Source of the DNA: Octopus vulgaris
Taxonomy: Eukaryota
Reading direction: 5' to 3'
Assembly: GCA_951406725.2 (NCBI GenBank)
Contig: OX597843.1
Location: 6,324,001 to 6,388,000 of the forward strand
Length of the DNA stretch: 64,000 nucleotides
Part shown: one piece after another, positions 62,990 through 64,000 of the stretch
Numbering within the stretch: position 1 is the stretch's first letter
Layout: each line of letters begins with the position of its first letter
The notes under the pieces: model-generated
The model's input: the letters and a program-made list of their open reading frames with translations, nothing else
What the model was told of the DNA's origin: nothing
Database searches by the model: none
Made by a program: the position numbers and the translations under genes

Positions 62990-64000
62990 TTTTTTGGTGG
63001 GTTAACACTTGGTGTGACTCATGCTGGGCCTGGTGTGGGTTAACATGATAGGTCATCCTTACTGGGCTTGGTATTGGTTAACAGGTAAGTTGACCCATAT
63101 TGGGCCTGGTGTGGGCTAACATATGTCGAGTCATCCATATTGGGTTTGTTGTGGGTCAACATAAATTGGAGCATCCATACTGAGTATGGTGTGAGCTAAA
63201 GATGTTATGTCATTCTTACTAGGCTAACATATGTTGGTTGACCCATACTGGGCTAACAGGTATTGCTTGATTCATTCTAGGCTGGTCTGGGCTAACATAC
63301 GTTGGGACATCCATACTGGACCTGGTGTGGGCTAATATATGTTGGATTATTCATATTGAGCCTGGTGTGGGCTAACATGTTGGGCCATCTCTTGTGGGTT
63401 TGGTGTGGACTAACACAGGTTGACCCATATTGGGCCTAGTGTCAGCTAACACATGTTGAGTTGTCCATTCTGGAGCTAATGTGGGCTAACATATGCTGGG
63501 ATAAGAATCAAATGTACTAACAGTAGCAGGATAACATGTATGTTGTCCTTTCTAAAGGTACTGGATTGAGAACATTGGGCTAACATATGTTGAATCAAGT
63601 GTACAGAGGCTGGGATAACATAATATGTTCCCTGAAAAAACACTGGACTGAAGTAACATTGTGATCTATATATAAAGGCACTGTTGTAGGGGTACAGTGT
63701 GTTCCCTGTAAAGGCACTGGTGTGGGGTAACATTGTTACCTCTGTAAGGCACTGGAGTGGGGTAACATTGCTCCCCTAGTAAAGGCACTGGTGTGAGTTA
63801 ACAGTGTTACTCCTGTAAAGGCACTGCAGTGGGGTAACATATTGTGTCCCCTGAAGGGGATAACATTGTTCCCTCTGTAAATGCACTGAAGTAAAGTAAC
63901 ATAGTATGTCCCCTGTAAAGGCACAGCTGTGGGGTAACAGTATATTTCATGTAAAGGCACTGCAATGGGATTATATACTGTGCCTTCCATAAAAGTACTT
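62990..64000. repeat. Two degenerate minisatellites (~40-bp GGGCCTGGTGTGGGCTAACAT unit; ~33-bp CCTGTAAAGGCACTG..TGGGGTAACA unit)
   Basis: Direct reading. Confidence 0.75.

Overview
Eukaryotic, AT-rich, repeat-dense DNA. The SINE/LINE repertoire and microsatellite load point to an Octopus (coleoid cephalopod) genome; this is inferred from recognised repeat families. The main content is one complete 15-coding-exon gene on the minus strand (47243->13636). All GT-AG junctions and phases check out and give a 2226-nt CDS (741 aa): an NRF-6/O-acyltransferase-like protein with signal peptide, NRF domain and Acyl_transf_3 multipass domain. The last three coding exons of an unidentified plus-strand gene (1957-3773) converge on it. 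A young 5'-truncated RTE LINE with an intact 917-aa ORF and a PHD finger inside its RT sits in a (TA)n tract at 51.3-54.7 kb. The rest is tRNA-derived SINEs, RTE/CR1 3' fragments, MITEs, a solo LTR, a piggyBac remnant, Penelope-like fragments with degenerate minimal hammerhead motifs, LINE-derived minisatellites, three long near-perfect palindromes and about 8 kb of microsatellite in the last intron. I see no convincing wholly new system. The most unusual signals are structural: nested hairpins, hammerhead relics, LINE-to-satellite conversion and local intronic copy-paste.
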